Positions 52,619 to 62,299 of a stretch of 64,000 nucleotides of DNA are shown piece by piece. The notes under the pieces are model-generated. The model saw only the letters and a program-made list of their open reading frames with translations. It ran no database searches and was not told the origin of the DNA. The stretch is from the IMG/VR virus record IMGVR_UViG_3300027899_000001, positions 310,001 through 374,000 of that record. One strand, given 5' to 3'. Within the stretch, counting starts at the first letter, position 1. Every line of letters begins with the position of its first letter. The position numbers and the translations under genes are program-made.

Positions 52619-52905
52619 GCGGGTATTCTCCAATGTGTTTTTAAAAATTCTTCTTCAGTATTAAAAGTTGTTATATCAATATTTTTTGTTATTATAAAAT
52701 TATACCATAATTGTTCCCATTGATCAACATTTTGTAATTTTCCTGCTTTGTGTCTTTTCATTAGATCTTTTACATAATTCCAATTATTTATAATTTCTAA
52801 AACAGTTTCATTATGAATTATATATTCAGGCACGGACTGTTGAGCTTGCATATTTTGTTGTCCTGGTCCAAAGAACGCTTGAAAAAAATGTGGTGGTTGT
52901 TGCAT
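52615..52905 (-). CDS. Hypothetical protein, Gln-rich N-terminus
   Basis: ORF track. Confidence 0.55.
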   Translation of the reverse strand: MQQPPHFFQAFFGPGQQNMQAQQSVPEYIIHNETVLEIINNWNYVKDLMKRHKAGKLQNVDQWEQLWYNFIITKNIDITTFNTEEEFLKTHWRIPA

Positions 52906-52912
52906 ATTTATT

Positions 52913-53305
52913 TTATTTAGCTGTTATTACATATTCTTGTTCACCCCAACTAGAGGTATTCATATTATATTTTCTTCCTTTATTTGATGTTACTATTAAT
53001 TCTCTTACATATCCATAATCTAAATCTACTACAACTTCAACACTTTTTATTAATAATGATCTTGTCATTTCTTTATATTCTGTAAAAAAATCACCCGTCA
53101 CAATTTTTCCAACAAATTTTTCACTCAGTTCTTTTTGTAATGAACTTTCCATTATTTTTAAAAGTTTTCTTTTTTCTTTATTAAATTTTTTCGCGTGAGT
53201 TGTACATAACACTTCCATATCAATTTTTTCTTTGTATCCTATACCCATATCGTGTATAGGATCAGATTGTTCCTGAAATTTTTCAAATATGAAGTGAGCT
53301 TTCAT
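52913..53305 (-). CDS. DPIxDMGIG-motif family protein
   Basis: EKFQEQSDPIHDMGIG. Confidence 0.75.
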   Translation of the reverse strand: MKAHFIFEKFQEQSDPIHDMGIGYKEKIDMEVLCTTHAKKFNKEKRKLLKIMESSLQKELSEKFVGKIVTGDFFTEYKEMTRSLLIKSVEVVVDLDYGYVRELIVTSNKGRKYNMNTSSWGEQEYVITAK

Positions 53306-53310
53306 TTAGA

Positions 53311-54087
53311 TTATTTTATTTTGAATAATTTTCTAAATAATCCTCGTGATGCTTTATGAGCATCTGCTTTTGCTGATAGATTTTCAGGATTTGAATCAGC
53401 ATCAATAGCAGTCCAAACTTCCCACTGAAATCCCCATTCAGCAAAAGGAAAATAAGTATATCCTTGATCGCCCCATTCTGCTGTCCATGAATTTCTAATA
53501 ATAAATTTATCTTTAAGATATCCAGCAACACAAACTGCATGTCCACCTAACATTTCTTGACCAGTAAAATCTGGTTTCCAAAAATCCATTTTATCTGAAT
53601 TAAATACTGGAAATGCAATATAACAAGGTCCATTAGCAAATAAAGCTTTTTTAAGTGAATCTACTGTATTGATTTGAGCATATCCTTGAATTTTATATTT
53701 AGCTGCTTTAAATTTTAATTCTGGCGTAATAGCTTTAAATTGTCCATAAGGATAATCTTTTTCTGTAACAATTCCAATCTTATATAAAATATCCATTGTA
53801 TCTCTTGGTGTCATTCCAGAAGATTCTTGATTTGATCTTAAATTATATACAAATTGAGGTGATAAATATTCTCTAAGTTCAACATCTGTTAATTCTTCCC
53901 ATTCTTTAAGTGCTGCTGCAGTTTGTGCAGAGCATGTACCTTGCTGACCTTGATCTCTTACTGGTCTCATTTGAGGTCTCAAATCCCATATTTCTGGAAG
54001 AACTACTCTGTTAGGATATATTGATTCTAACATAAAGTCCCTTTTATCTACGGGAGATTTTTCAAGATTAAATAAATACTTTTGCAT
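53311..54087 (-). CDS. Papain-like C1 cysteine peptidase
   Basis: VRDQGQQGTCSA, GGHAV, IRNSW..WGDQGY. Confidence 0.9.
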   Translation of the reverse strand: MQKYLFNLEKSPVDKRDFMLESIYPNRVVLPEIWDLRPQMRPVRDQGQQGTCSAQTAAALKEWEELTDVELREYLSPQFVYNLRSNQESSGMTPRDTMDILYKIGIVTEKDYPYGQFKAITPELKFKAAKYKIQGYAQINTVDSLKKALFANGPCYIAFPVFNSDKMDFWKPDFTGQEMLGGHAVCVAGYLKDKFIIRNSWTAEWGDQGYTYFPFAEWGFQWEVWTAIDADSNPENLSAKADAHKASRGLFRKLFKIK

Positions 54088-54096
54088 ATTATTAAA

Positions 54097-54618
54097 TTAT
54101 TTTAATTTATCTACTACACTTTTTATTTTTTCTGCGCTTTTTATAATGTGATCTAATGTATCTAAAAAATATTGATTAACTGGAGTATACTTATTACGAA
54201 AATCTACTGATGATCTTTTGTCTCCTGGCATAATTTCTTTATCTTGCCATATATTATATACTGGTTCAAAATATATTTTTATTGTTCTATATGAATATGA
54301 ACTTGGAATGCCTGCACCTGTCACTCTATATAATGCCGTAATTATATCTGGAAATTTTACATCATCTTCATACCATAATTGATTAGCGCCTTGTTTTACA
54401 CAAAATTTAATAAGATTTATTCTTTCAAATGTATTTTCTGCATAATGAGTTACTCCGATTACTAATATATCATTATATGTTGATTGAGAAGTAATTTCTT
54501 CTCTAGAGTATTCCGGAAATTTTTTTAATATTTGAGCAAGTGGACCAATACCCATGTCTTTAATAGGATCTGATTCTTCAGAGAATTTTTCATTAAGATA
54601 TTCACGTACACGGTCCAT
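54097..54618 (-). CDS. DPIxDMGIG-motif family protein
   Basis: EKFSEESDPIKDMGIG. Confidence 0.75.
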   Translation of the reverse strand: MDRVREYLNEKFSEESDPIKDMGIGPLAQILKKFPEYSREEITSQSTYNDILVIGVTHYAENTFERINLIKFCVKQGANQLWYEDDVKFPDIITALYRVTGAGIPSSYSYRTIKIYFEPVYNIWQDKEIMPGDKRSSVDFRNKYTPVNQYFLDTLDHIIKSAEKIKSVVDKLK

Positions 54619-54656
54619 GAAGAGATTTTTTATTATATATTCATAGTCCAGAACAG

Positions 54657-54690
54657 CAAAAAACCCTTAGAATCATCTAAGGGTTTTATT
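54657..54690 (-). terminator. Intrinsic terminator
   Basis: AAAACCCTTAGA..TCTAAGGGTTTT. Confidence 0.7.
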
Positions 54691-54706
54691 TTTGAGATAA
54701 GGAATA

Positions 54707-54784
54707 CTATTTCTTATCAGGTTTTGGTGTCTCTGAATTGCTTGGAAGCATCTTAGTAAGATCTTCAGGCTTCATTCCAATGAA
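54707..54784 (-). pseudogene. Orphaned flotillin C-terminal fragment
   Basis: FIGMKPEDLTKMLPSNSETPKPDKK* versus FIGVKPEDAIAMLKPKTEVDKK*. Confidence 0.75.
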
Positions 54785-54848
54785 TTAAAAAAATTTAATG
54801 CATTAAGTACCTCAAAAAATTAAATTTTCATTAATATATAAAATAAAG

Positions 54849-55553
54849 ATGAACTACCAAAAAATTTATGAATCTATAATTCAAAAAGCTAAATCTGAAA
54901 ATAGAGTAAAACACAAAGAAGTATATTATGAAAATCATCATATTATGCCTAAATGTTTAGGTGGAAATAACGATATATCAAATTTAATTTTATTAACGGC
55001 AAAAGAACATTTTATATGTCATAAATTATTAACATATATTTATCCAACGAATAGAAAAATAATATGTGCTTTACATATGATGACATATTCTTGTAATGAA
55101 AATTCTATTAAATCTTCAAGAGATTATAAATTTGTAAAAGAGCTTTTATCAGATAATAGTAAAGGAAAAAAACATCCTATGTTTGGAAAACATCATTCAG
55201 AAGATGCAATAAATAAAATGAAAAAACCACATAAAAAATATTCGAAAGATTATATGTTAAGCTTAAAAGAAATTCGTAAAGGAGAAAAAAATCCTATGTA
55301 TGGCAAAAAACAAACTAAAGAATCAAATGAAAAAAATTCTCAATCTCATATAGGAAAAAAACATACAACAGAAAGTAAGAAAAAAATGTCTATAACTCGT
55401 ATATCAAAACATTTTAAACATACAGAACAAACAAAAAAGAAACAAGGAGAATGGCAAAAAGGAAAAACATATATAGAACTATATGGAGAAGAAAAGGCAT
55501 CACAAATGAAAGAAAAACAAAGACTTGCTAAATTACAAAAAAATAGGAAGTAA
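54849..55553 (+). CDS. HNH homing endonuclease with NUMOD3 repeats
   Basis: ENHHIMPKCLGG..NL..LTAKEHFICHKLL. Confidence 0.9.
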   Translation: MNYQKIYESIIQKAKSENRVKHKEVYYENHHIMPKCLGGNNDISNLILLTAKEHFICHKLLTYIYPTNRKIICALHMMTYSCNENSIKSSRDYKFVKELLSDNSKGKKHPMFGKHHSEDAINKMKKPHKKYSKDYMLSLKEIRKGEKNPMYGKKQTKESNEKNSQSHIGKKHTTESKKKMSITRISKHFKHTEQTKKKQGEWQKGKTYIELYGEEKASQMKEKQRLAKLQKNRK

Positions 55554-55582
55554 TTACTTCCTATTTTTAAATAAATTTAATT

Positions 55583-57142
55583 TTATTTTTTATCTACTTC
55601 TGTTTTTGGTTTAAGCATAGCTATTGCGTCTTCTGGTTTTACTCCTATAAAATTTAATAAAGATGTCATATCGAAACCTGTTCCTTTTAAACCTTCAAAC
55701 ATTTTAGTAAGTACTTCTACTGGTATAGTTCCAAATTTTGATGTAGCAGAACCTCCTTCTTTTCCAGATCCAAAATCTACTATTTTAATATCTTTAACAT
55801 TTCCGAGATGTGATGTACTTGCTGCCATAACTCCTGCAAATTCTTTTATAACATTTGGTCCAAGAGTTTGAAGAGCTGACAAAACTTCTAAAAAACGGCC
55901 AGTTTGATCAAGTTTTGCATAAGCTTCAGCTTTTTCCAATGTACCTTTAGCTTCTGCAGAAAGTTTAGCATAAATTGCATTACCTTCAGCCTGTCCTTTT
56001 TTCGTAATAATAGCAGCTTCACCCTCAGCTTCTGCATTCTTTTTCAACACAATTGCCTTAGCTTCACCTTCTGCTTTAATACGCTGTGCTTCTCTTTGTC
56101 CTTCAGCTTCAAGAATATAAGCCTGTTTTGCCGCATCTGCATTAATGATTTTCTGTTGTTTTTGAGCTTCAGCTGGAACAATCATTTCAGCTTCATATTG
56201 TTTCTGAGTTTTAAGAGCTCTTTGTTCTTGAACAGCAATATTAGCCTTTTCTGCTGCAGCTTCTGTAGCTGCTCTTGCTTCTACTACATTTTTCATTGCC
56301 TGTGCTTGAGATAAAGGACCAGCCTGATTTGCAATTTCATTCTGTCTATCAGTTTCAGCCTTCATTTCAGCCTTCCTTACATTCATACTTCTATTAGCTT
56401 CTGCAATCTTCATTTCATTCTGGTTTGCAGCTTCAACTGCTAGTCTATTAGCATCAGTTGTTTTGATTGTAGAATCTCTCAAAGCTTCTGCAGTACCAAT
56501 TTCTGCGTCTCTCTTGATTTCAGCAGTTCTTTTCTTACCAAGGTTAATAATATAACCATCTTTATCAGTTACATTCTGAATGTTAAGAGAATCTACAGTA
56601 ATACCAAGTTTCTTAAAATCTTCTGATGCATCTTCAAGAACAGCCTGATTAAGTTTTTGCTTGTCACCGATTAATTCTTCAATAGTCATTTTACCTACTA
56701 CAGAACGAAGGTGACCTTCAAGATTTTGAAAAATAATTTTATCAACTTCATCATCATCTTTTCCAAGGAATCTTTCAACTGCGATTTCCAATAGTGCTTT
56801 ATCACTTGAGAATTTAGTATTAGCTACGCCTTCTACGGTTGTCATAACTCCGTTTTTATTAGGTGCATTATCCACCTTTATGTTAATTACTCGGTTAGAC
56901 AAATCCATCATCTGTACTTCTTCCAAAAAAGGAAGCTTAAATACACCGCCACCTGTGATAAGACGATATCCTTTCGTGCCACCGCCCGCGGCTTTATTTT
57001 TTCTACCATAAAGAACAGCAGCTTTATTAGGAGCGATTCGAATATAGTTTTTTACTAGTATGGCTATTAATCCTACTAAAACTATAATGGAAACAAGCGT
57101 GATAGCTGCAACAACTAACATTGATTTTGCTTCTGGGTTCAT
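55583..57142 (-). CDS. Flotillin (SPFH/band 7) protein
   Basis: N-terminal TM, EGHLRSVVGKMTIEEL, EA/AE coiled coil. Confidence 0.9.
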   Translation of the reverse strand: MNPEAKSMLVVAAITLVSIIVLVGLIAILVKNYIRIAPNKAAVLYGRKNKAAGGGTKGYRLITGGGVFKLPFLEEVQMMDLSNRVINIKVDNAPNKNGVMTTVEGVANTKFSSDKALLEIAVERFLGKDDDEVDKIIFQNLEGHLRSVVGKMTIEELIGDKQKLNQAVLEDASEDFKKLGITVDSLNIQNVTDKDGYIINLGKKRTAEIKRDAEIGTAEALRDSTIKTTDANRLAVEAANQNEMKIAEANRSMNVRKAEMKAETDRQNEIANQAGPLSQAQAMKNVVEARAATEAAAEKANIAVQEQRALKTQKQYEAEMIVPAEAQKQQKIINADAAKQAYILEAEGQREAQRIKAEGEAKAIVLKKNAEAEGEAAIITKKGQAEGNAIYAKLSAEAKGTLEKAEAYAKLDQTGRFLEVLSALQTLGPNVIKEFAGVMAASTSHLGNVKDIKIVDFGSGKEGGSATSKFGTIPVEVLTKMFEGLKGTGFDMTSLLNFIGVKPEDAIAMLKPKTEVDKK

Positions 57143-57174
57143 TTGTTTATTTGTATTTAGTTAATATAAGAAAT

Positions 57175-57699
57175 TTAGATTTTTTCAACGATAAGTAAAC
57201 CTTCTTGTGCTTCAATAACTTTAACAGTTTGGCTTTTTCTTAAAGGCTTGTCACTTTTATCTTTACATGTATAATATAAATTATCTACATAAATTTCACC
57301 AAGACCTTGATCGCCTGAAGCAATTGTTATAGTTCCTGATTTTCCTACAAGATTTTTTGCATCTTTCACTTCTCCTGCCTGTTGACTATAAAAGGCTTTA
57401 ATTATTAGAAAAGCAAAAAACATCATTACAAATCCTATTAAAAATCCCAAGAATAGTTGTCCGCCTATACTCCAATTAAGAAGAGTTTTAGCACATATAC
57501 CAGCTACTCCAAATCCTGCTAGAAAAGCAGAAATAGTACGAATAGAAAATAGACCAGGAGAATCTGTGTCTGTATCTGCATGTCCATCAAAATCGTGATG
57601 GAAATCAAAATGTGTATCAAAATCGTGGTCTATGCCACCGAAGATTGCTAGAGAAAATACTACCAATCCTACAATAAGAAATACTAAATAAAGTGTCAT
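57175..57699 (-). CDS. NfeD-like membrane protein (flotillin partner)
   Basis: DHD-rich loop, FSIR..AFLAGFG, C-terminal OB fold. Confidence 0.8.
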   Translation of the reverse strand: MTLYLVFLIVGLVVFSLAIFGGIDHDFDTHFDFHHDFDGHADTDTDSPGLFSIRTISAFLAGFGVAGICAKTLLNWSIGGQLFLGFLIGFVMMFFAFLIIKAFYSQQAGEVKDAKNLVGKSGTITIASGDQGLGEIYVDNLYYTCKDKSDKPLRKSQTVKVIEAQEGLLIVEKI

Positions 57700-57788
57700 T
57701 TTTCGTTTGTTTTTAATTATTAAATGTTATGTAAATATAAACATTATTCTTGATGTGAAATAATAGTTTTTGTTAATGTTATGTTAAT

Positions 57789-58388
57789 TTATTTAGTTAT
57801 TTTTTCTTCAACTGTCATTGATAACATATCTGCGCAATGTATAAGTCTTACTAATGGATGATCTATAGCTGTATTGTATGCGTAATTCTGAGGAGAATTT
57901 GCAAAGTTAACACTCATTTCAGTAGCACCCATATGCCATCTTATTGCCATTGCTTCTGCATCTGTAAGTTTCATATATTTTGAAATTAAATGTACGCTTT
58001 TTTCTCCATGTCCATACGGAAACTTATCTTCTACAACATAAGCAAGATATTTTTCCCATTTATCTTCTGTATTTTTTCTAAATTTTTCTTGTTGTTTATA
58101 ATAATTTGTTTTACAAACATCATGAAATAATGCAGAAATGATAACAGATTCTTTAAGATATTCTAAATCTGGTTTATTACTAATAATAAAATTAAAATTA
58201 TGAAGTGCAAATTTAAGCACTAACATAGTATGGTCAAGTAAACCTCCTTCATAGTTTCCATGAAATTTTGTAGAAGCAGGAGCTGTATAAAAATCGGTAT
58301 CTGTTTGTAACCAATTTAACAATTCAGTTATTCCCGGTCTTGTAATAAAGGATACTGCTTGATTAAATCCTTCTCTTGATGGTGTCAT
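57789..58388 (-). CDS. HD-domain phosphohydrolase
   Basis: APASTKFHG..GGLLDH, HDVCK, GHGEKS, AIRWHMG. Confidence 0.9.
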   Translation of the reverse strand: MTPSREGFNQAVSFITRPGITELLNWLQTDTDFYTAPASTKFHGNYEGGLLDHTMLVLKFALHNFNFIISNKPDLEYLKESVIISALFHDVCKTNYYKQQEKFRKNTEDKWEKYLAYVVEDKFPYGHGEKSVHLISKYMKLTDAEAMAIRWHMGATEMSVNFANSPQNYAYNTAIDHPLVRLIHCADMLSMTVEEKITK

Positions 58389-58390
58389 TT

Positions 58391-59062
58391 TTATTTTTGT
58401 TTAAATGTTATTAATAATTCTTTGTTTTCTATTGAGAAATATGATAAAAGTTCTGTATTTGTTAAATTAAATGTTTCTTGATACATTTTTATATAAGATT
58501 GTTGATCTATTGTTTCTATGATGAATCTTAATTGTTGTTCATAATATAATGAAGTTGCATATCTGTCTCCATATATATTTTCAAATCCATTATCTTGAAT
58601 TAAATTATCAACATTTTTCTTTACTAAATATTCGGTTCTTAATAATTGCAAGTAAGGTTCTATAGATTCATTTACATCATTATATGTGCATCTAACTTCT
58701 CCATTATCAAATGTGCCAACATTAAAAATAGATTTAGTATATAACGCCTTGCCCTTTGTTCCTAAATGCGATTCTGCGATTCCTTGTGCTAATACTAATC
58801 TAATATCTACTTTATATTGTTCACATTTTCGAACTAAAAAATTTACATTAATTTTTGAATCGGGCGCTATATTATCAACCACTTTTTTAACTTCTGTAAC
58901 TAAATGTTCATGTATCTGTTGTCTTACAAGTATAGGAAAAACCGTTTGATTTTTACTATAATTTTCTTGTGTGGTCATCGGCGATGAAAAAGTTTTATAA
59001 TTCGGATTACCAACATTTAAGAAAAAAAGTATTATAATTATTATTAAAGTTTTAAAAATCAT
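58391..59062 (-). CDS. Glucosaminidase/lysozyme-like cell-wall hydrolase
   Basis: LAQGIAESHLG..SIFNVG..YAT. Confidence 0.7.
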   Translation of the reverse strand: MIFKTLIIIIILFFLNVGNPNYKTFSSPMTTQENYSKNQTVFPILVRQQIHEHLVTEVKKVVDNIAPDSKINVNFLVRKCEQYKVDIRLVLAQGIAESHLGTKGKALYTKSIFNVGTFDNGEVRCTYNDVNESIEPYLQLLRTEYLVKKNVDNLIQDNGFENIYGDRYATSLYYEQQLRFIIETIDQQSYIKMYQETFNLTNTELLSYFSIENKELLITFKQK

Positions 59063-59084
59063 TCATTAAATTTATGTTTGTTTA

Positions 59085-59612
59085 TCACTCAGTAAAGAGT
59101 GATATACTTCCAACATGATGCTCAAAGTCATCATCTTGAGAAGGTTTAATCGGAGTAATAACCATTACTTCCACATCATGTTCACCATATATTTCATTTA
59201 TATATCTTTGTGACGTCGTTAATTTTCCATCTTCTTCAATATGTTTAAGTATCATATAGGCTTTATCTTTAATATGGCCATCAATTAATTTAAGTGCATT
59301 GAAAGATAACTCTTCTTCCTCTTCAACTATTCTAGCTATGCAATTAAGTAATCTGCTTTTTATTAAAATATATTTTCCATAAGGAAGTCCCAAAGAATAA
59401 TTAAGAACATCTTTTGAAAAAACGCCACCCTTGCCTCTTCCCCAAGCTTTAAAAAATGTTCCAGTTACATGATCAGGAAGAACCACAGTATGATGGCCTT
59501 CAAATAAAGTAACAATATAATTATCTATAACATTTGGAGTAATTTGATCAATAGTAACATCAGTAATTACATCACTTACTTCTTCTCCTGTTTGTATTTT
59601 ATCTTTCATCAT
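59085..59612 (-). CDS. Hypothetical protein
   Basis: ORF track. Confidence 0.6.
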   Translation of the reverse strand: MMKDKIQTGEEVSDVITDVTIDQITPNVIDNYIVTLFEGHHTVVLPDHVTGTFFKAWGRGKGGVFSKDVLNYSLGLPYGKYILIKSRLLNCIARIVEEEEELSFNALKLIDGHIKDKAYMILKHIEEDGKLTTSQRYINEIYGEHDVEVMVITPIKPSQDDDFEHHVGSISLFTE

Positions 59613-59815
59613 TTTATTTTTATTAGTTTATATGCCATTATTTCTATTAATTCTTTAGCGGTAATAAATTGTTTATCTTCTATTAATTTTTTTACAGTTC
59701 CAGACCAAGTACTTGGATCAACTATCATATCAGGTTCAGTAAGATATTCATATACCTTTACAAGATTGCCTTCTGTATATTTTTGTACAAGTATTTTTAC
59801 TCTGGGCTCTTTCAT
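59609..59815 (-). CDS. Hypothetical protein
   Basis: ORF track. Confidence 0.5.
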   Translation of the reverse strand: MKEPRVKILVQKYTEGNLVKVYEYLTEPDMIVDPSTWSGTVKKLIEDKQFITAKELIEIMAYKLIKIK

Positions 59816-60036
59816 AAGTTTATTTCTTCTTGTGTTTCAATAACTATAAGCCAATCTATTGTATTATTTCTTCCTGCTACTCTAGCTGGAGTTATGCTTA
59901 TAACTTTTCCATTTTTACCCATTGAATTATTAATGTCCTCTAATTCCTTCATTGTTAAAGATTCATTTTGAGAGGTACATAAGTATACAATTTTTTGCAT
60001 ATTATTCTGATTTACAAAGTTTATAAGTTTCGTCAA
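59812..60036 (-). CDS. Hypothetical protein
   Basis: ORF track. Confidence 0.45.
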   Translation of the reverse strand: MTKLINFVNQNNMQKIVYLCTSQNESLTMKELEDINNSMGKNGKVISITPARVAGRNNTIDWLIVIETQEEINL

Positions 60037-60196
60037 AACACATTTGAAGAGCTAAATTTACATTTTTTCTGGACATGTATCTATAAGTTTCTTCACAACT
60101 TCCTTCTACTTGAACATCAAAGTTTTCAAAGTTTTCTTTACAAAATACATTTACTTTTTCAACCACTTGTTTATATATTTCTTCTCTTTCCATCAC
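60002..60196 (-). CDS. Hypothetical protein
   Basis: ORF track. Confidence 0.45.
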   Translation of the reverse strand: MMEREEIYKQVVEKVNVFCKENFENFDVQVEGSCEETYRYMSRKNVNLALQMCFDETYKLCKSE

Positions 60197-60612
60197 TTTT
60201 GATTTATAACTTTTTCAAATTCTTTTAATTCTTTAATCATTTCATCTGGATAAAATGTAAGAGCATCTCTTACTGTTTTAGGATCTAATTCAAATGCTTT
60301 ACAATATTCTTTTATTAAATCATTACTTATATTAAGCTTTTTTTCTTTAACTTCTGCTACTTTTTTAACGCCTTTAGTATATATCCATTTAGGAAGATAT
60401 CCTTTATAAGTTTTTCTTAAATATAAATGCCAAAAATCAATAACTGCTTCTTGATTTATTTTATTATGTTGTAAAGCATTTGCTTGAAGAGGATGTTGAA
60501 TTGCAAATCTTCTATTACACATGAAAAAGTGTTTTCTTTTCTCACCAACAGAGAGGTTTAGATATTCACGAGGATTTGTGAAGATAATATCAATAAAAGG
60601 AAATAATTCCAT
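60193..60612 (-). CDS. Hypothetical protein (possibly clamp-loader small subunit-like)
   Basis: FMCNRRFA..; weak resemblance only. Confidence 0.5.
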   Translation of the reverse strand: MELFPFIDIIFTNPREYLNLSVGEKRKHFFMCNRRFAIQHPLQANALQHNKINQEAVIDFWHLYLRKTYKGYLPKWIYTKGVKKVAEVKEKKLNISNDLIKEYCKAFELDPKTVRDALTFYPDEMIKELKEFEKVINQK

Positions 60613-60722
60613 AGTTTATTAAGTTTTTATTCTAGAGACAGGATTTCCTAGAGAGTTAAAGGTATTAATTATATGGTAGCTAAGAAAAAAGTTTTGCATT
60701 TTTTGTTAAAATTTTGTTAATG

Positions 60723-61103
60723 TTATTTCCAAGGTAAGTTTGTTACAGGGAATAACGTAGTGCCATTTTGAGGTGGTGGAGATTGATATTGTTCATTTTG
60801 TGTTATAGCTGGAGGTGGTTGAGAATTCTTAGTTTTATTATAAGGATTTTTTTCACCCACAGAATCATAATTATAAGTTCTTGTTAAATCTTCTTTAGTA
60901 ATTATCATAGGTTTTACTTCTCTAACTATAAATAATGAGGGTTTATTTTGTATATACTGAACAAACTGCCATTTTCCAGTTTTTTCAACAGTTTCAATAA
61001 TAGAAGAAAGTAAAATTTTCATGTCTGAATAATTTTGTCCTTCAAGTTGAAGAGTTTCAGGAATTAATTTTTGTAATTCTGAAATTGTAACTACGTGTGT
61101 CAT
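60723..61103 (-). CDS. Hypothetical protein
   Basis: ORF track. Confidence 0.55.
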   Translation of the reverse strand: MTHVVTISELQKLIPETLQLEGQNYSDMKILLSSIIETVEKTGKWQFVQYIQNKPSLFIVREVKPMIITKEDLTRTYNYDSVGEKNPYNKTKNSQPPPAITQNEQYQSPPPQNGTTLFPVTNLPWK

Positions 61104-61122
61104 TTGTTTATGATTTTAATTA

Positions 61123-62295
61123 TTAAAATAATGCTGTTCCAGATATTCTATCAATTTGTTTGAATATAGATGCTTCATTTTCATTTTTCTTTTCACTAAT
61201 ATATCTAGTTCCTTCAAGAAGATCTTTCATATTTAAGCTGCTATAATTAACTCGAGGTTTATCAAGTTCTTTTTGTTTAACTTCATTAAATTTATTAATG
61301 ATTTCTTCTGGAAATACATCAGGACTTAACACAACAAGTTTAATTTGTCGTCTAAGTCTATCATCAATTTTGAAGGTGGGCTTAGTTTTAGATACAGCTT
61401 TTATTAATTTCATTACATCATTTCTTCTTTCCCATAAAGTATCATGATCCATAAGTTCATCTGATTCTATTTTGATGCCTTCATATATCTTTTCAAATTT
61501 AGAATTTGTTATTCTAACTTCAACATCTTTTTCATTTAACCAAGTATGTATTGCAGGAATATTATCTCCATCATCTCCACAGAAAATTTTACGAAGCATA
61601 ATCATTCTTCCATTGACAACTTCCATCTTAGTTTTTTCTGCATTTATGATTTTTCTAAAATCTTCTTTATCTACATTTATAGTTCCTTTAAGATTCATGA
61701 AATCTACTGCATCTGCAGTGTTTATCCAATCTTCAAAATGTTGAGGAACATAGAGTTTACGAGAAGAATTTTTTCCTTGCATAAAAGGATTATATACAGT
61801 TGTATAAGCTATTTTTCCTGACTCATATGGCCAAAAACTTACTAACTGTCTCATATCTTCATCACCAGATACGATTATTGCATGTTGATGTTGTTTATGT
61901 TGTATTTCATCTGCCCAAAGAGTTAATAAATCGTCAGATTCGGCTGTAGAAATTCCAGAAACTGTTATTCCGTTATTTTCAGCTATTTTACAAAATTCTT
62001 CTAATGCTGAATAAATATTATTCCAGTTTATATTTGTAGATTTTATTCTCTGCGCTTTATAACCATCATTTTCTTCTATTTTTATTTCTTTTCTCCATGA
62101 ACGATCATCTTTAGTAAAAATTACTCTAGAAGGGTTGATTAAACGAATTATAGAAGATATATCTATTGATATTTTTCTAATAAGTTGATCTATTTCATTT
62201 TGAGAATCAAATGTCATTGTTTTAGATCCATACCCAGATATAATAAAAAGACTTCTATATACTAAATTGTTTAAATCAAATAATAAGTTAATCAT
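61123..62295 (-). CDS. 5'-3' exonuclease / RNase H (PIN fold)
   Basis: DLNNL, D..SWRK, YKAQR, ESDD, SGDEDM.QL, GDDGDNIP. Confidence 0.9.
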   Translation of the reverse strand: MINLLFDLNNLVYRSLFIISGYGSKTMTFDSQNEIDQLIRKISIDISSIIRLINPSRVIFTKDDRSWRKEIKIEENDGYKAQRIKSTNINWNNIYSALEEFCKIAENNGITVSGISTAESDDLLTLWADEIQHKQHQHAIIVSGDEDMRQLVSFWPYESGKIAYTTVYNPFMQGKNSSRKLYVPQHFEDWINTADAVDFMNLKGTINVDKEDFRKIINAEKTKMEVVNGRMIMLRKIFCGDDGDNIPAIHTWLNEKDVEVRITNSKFEKIYEGIKIESDELMDHDTLWERRNDVMKLIKAVSKTKPTFKIDDRLRRQIKLVVLSPDVFPEEIINKFNEVKQKELDKPRVNYSSLNMKDLLEGTRYISEKKNENEASIFKQIDRISGTALF

Positions 62296-62299
62296 ATGT

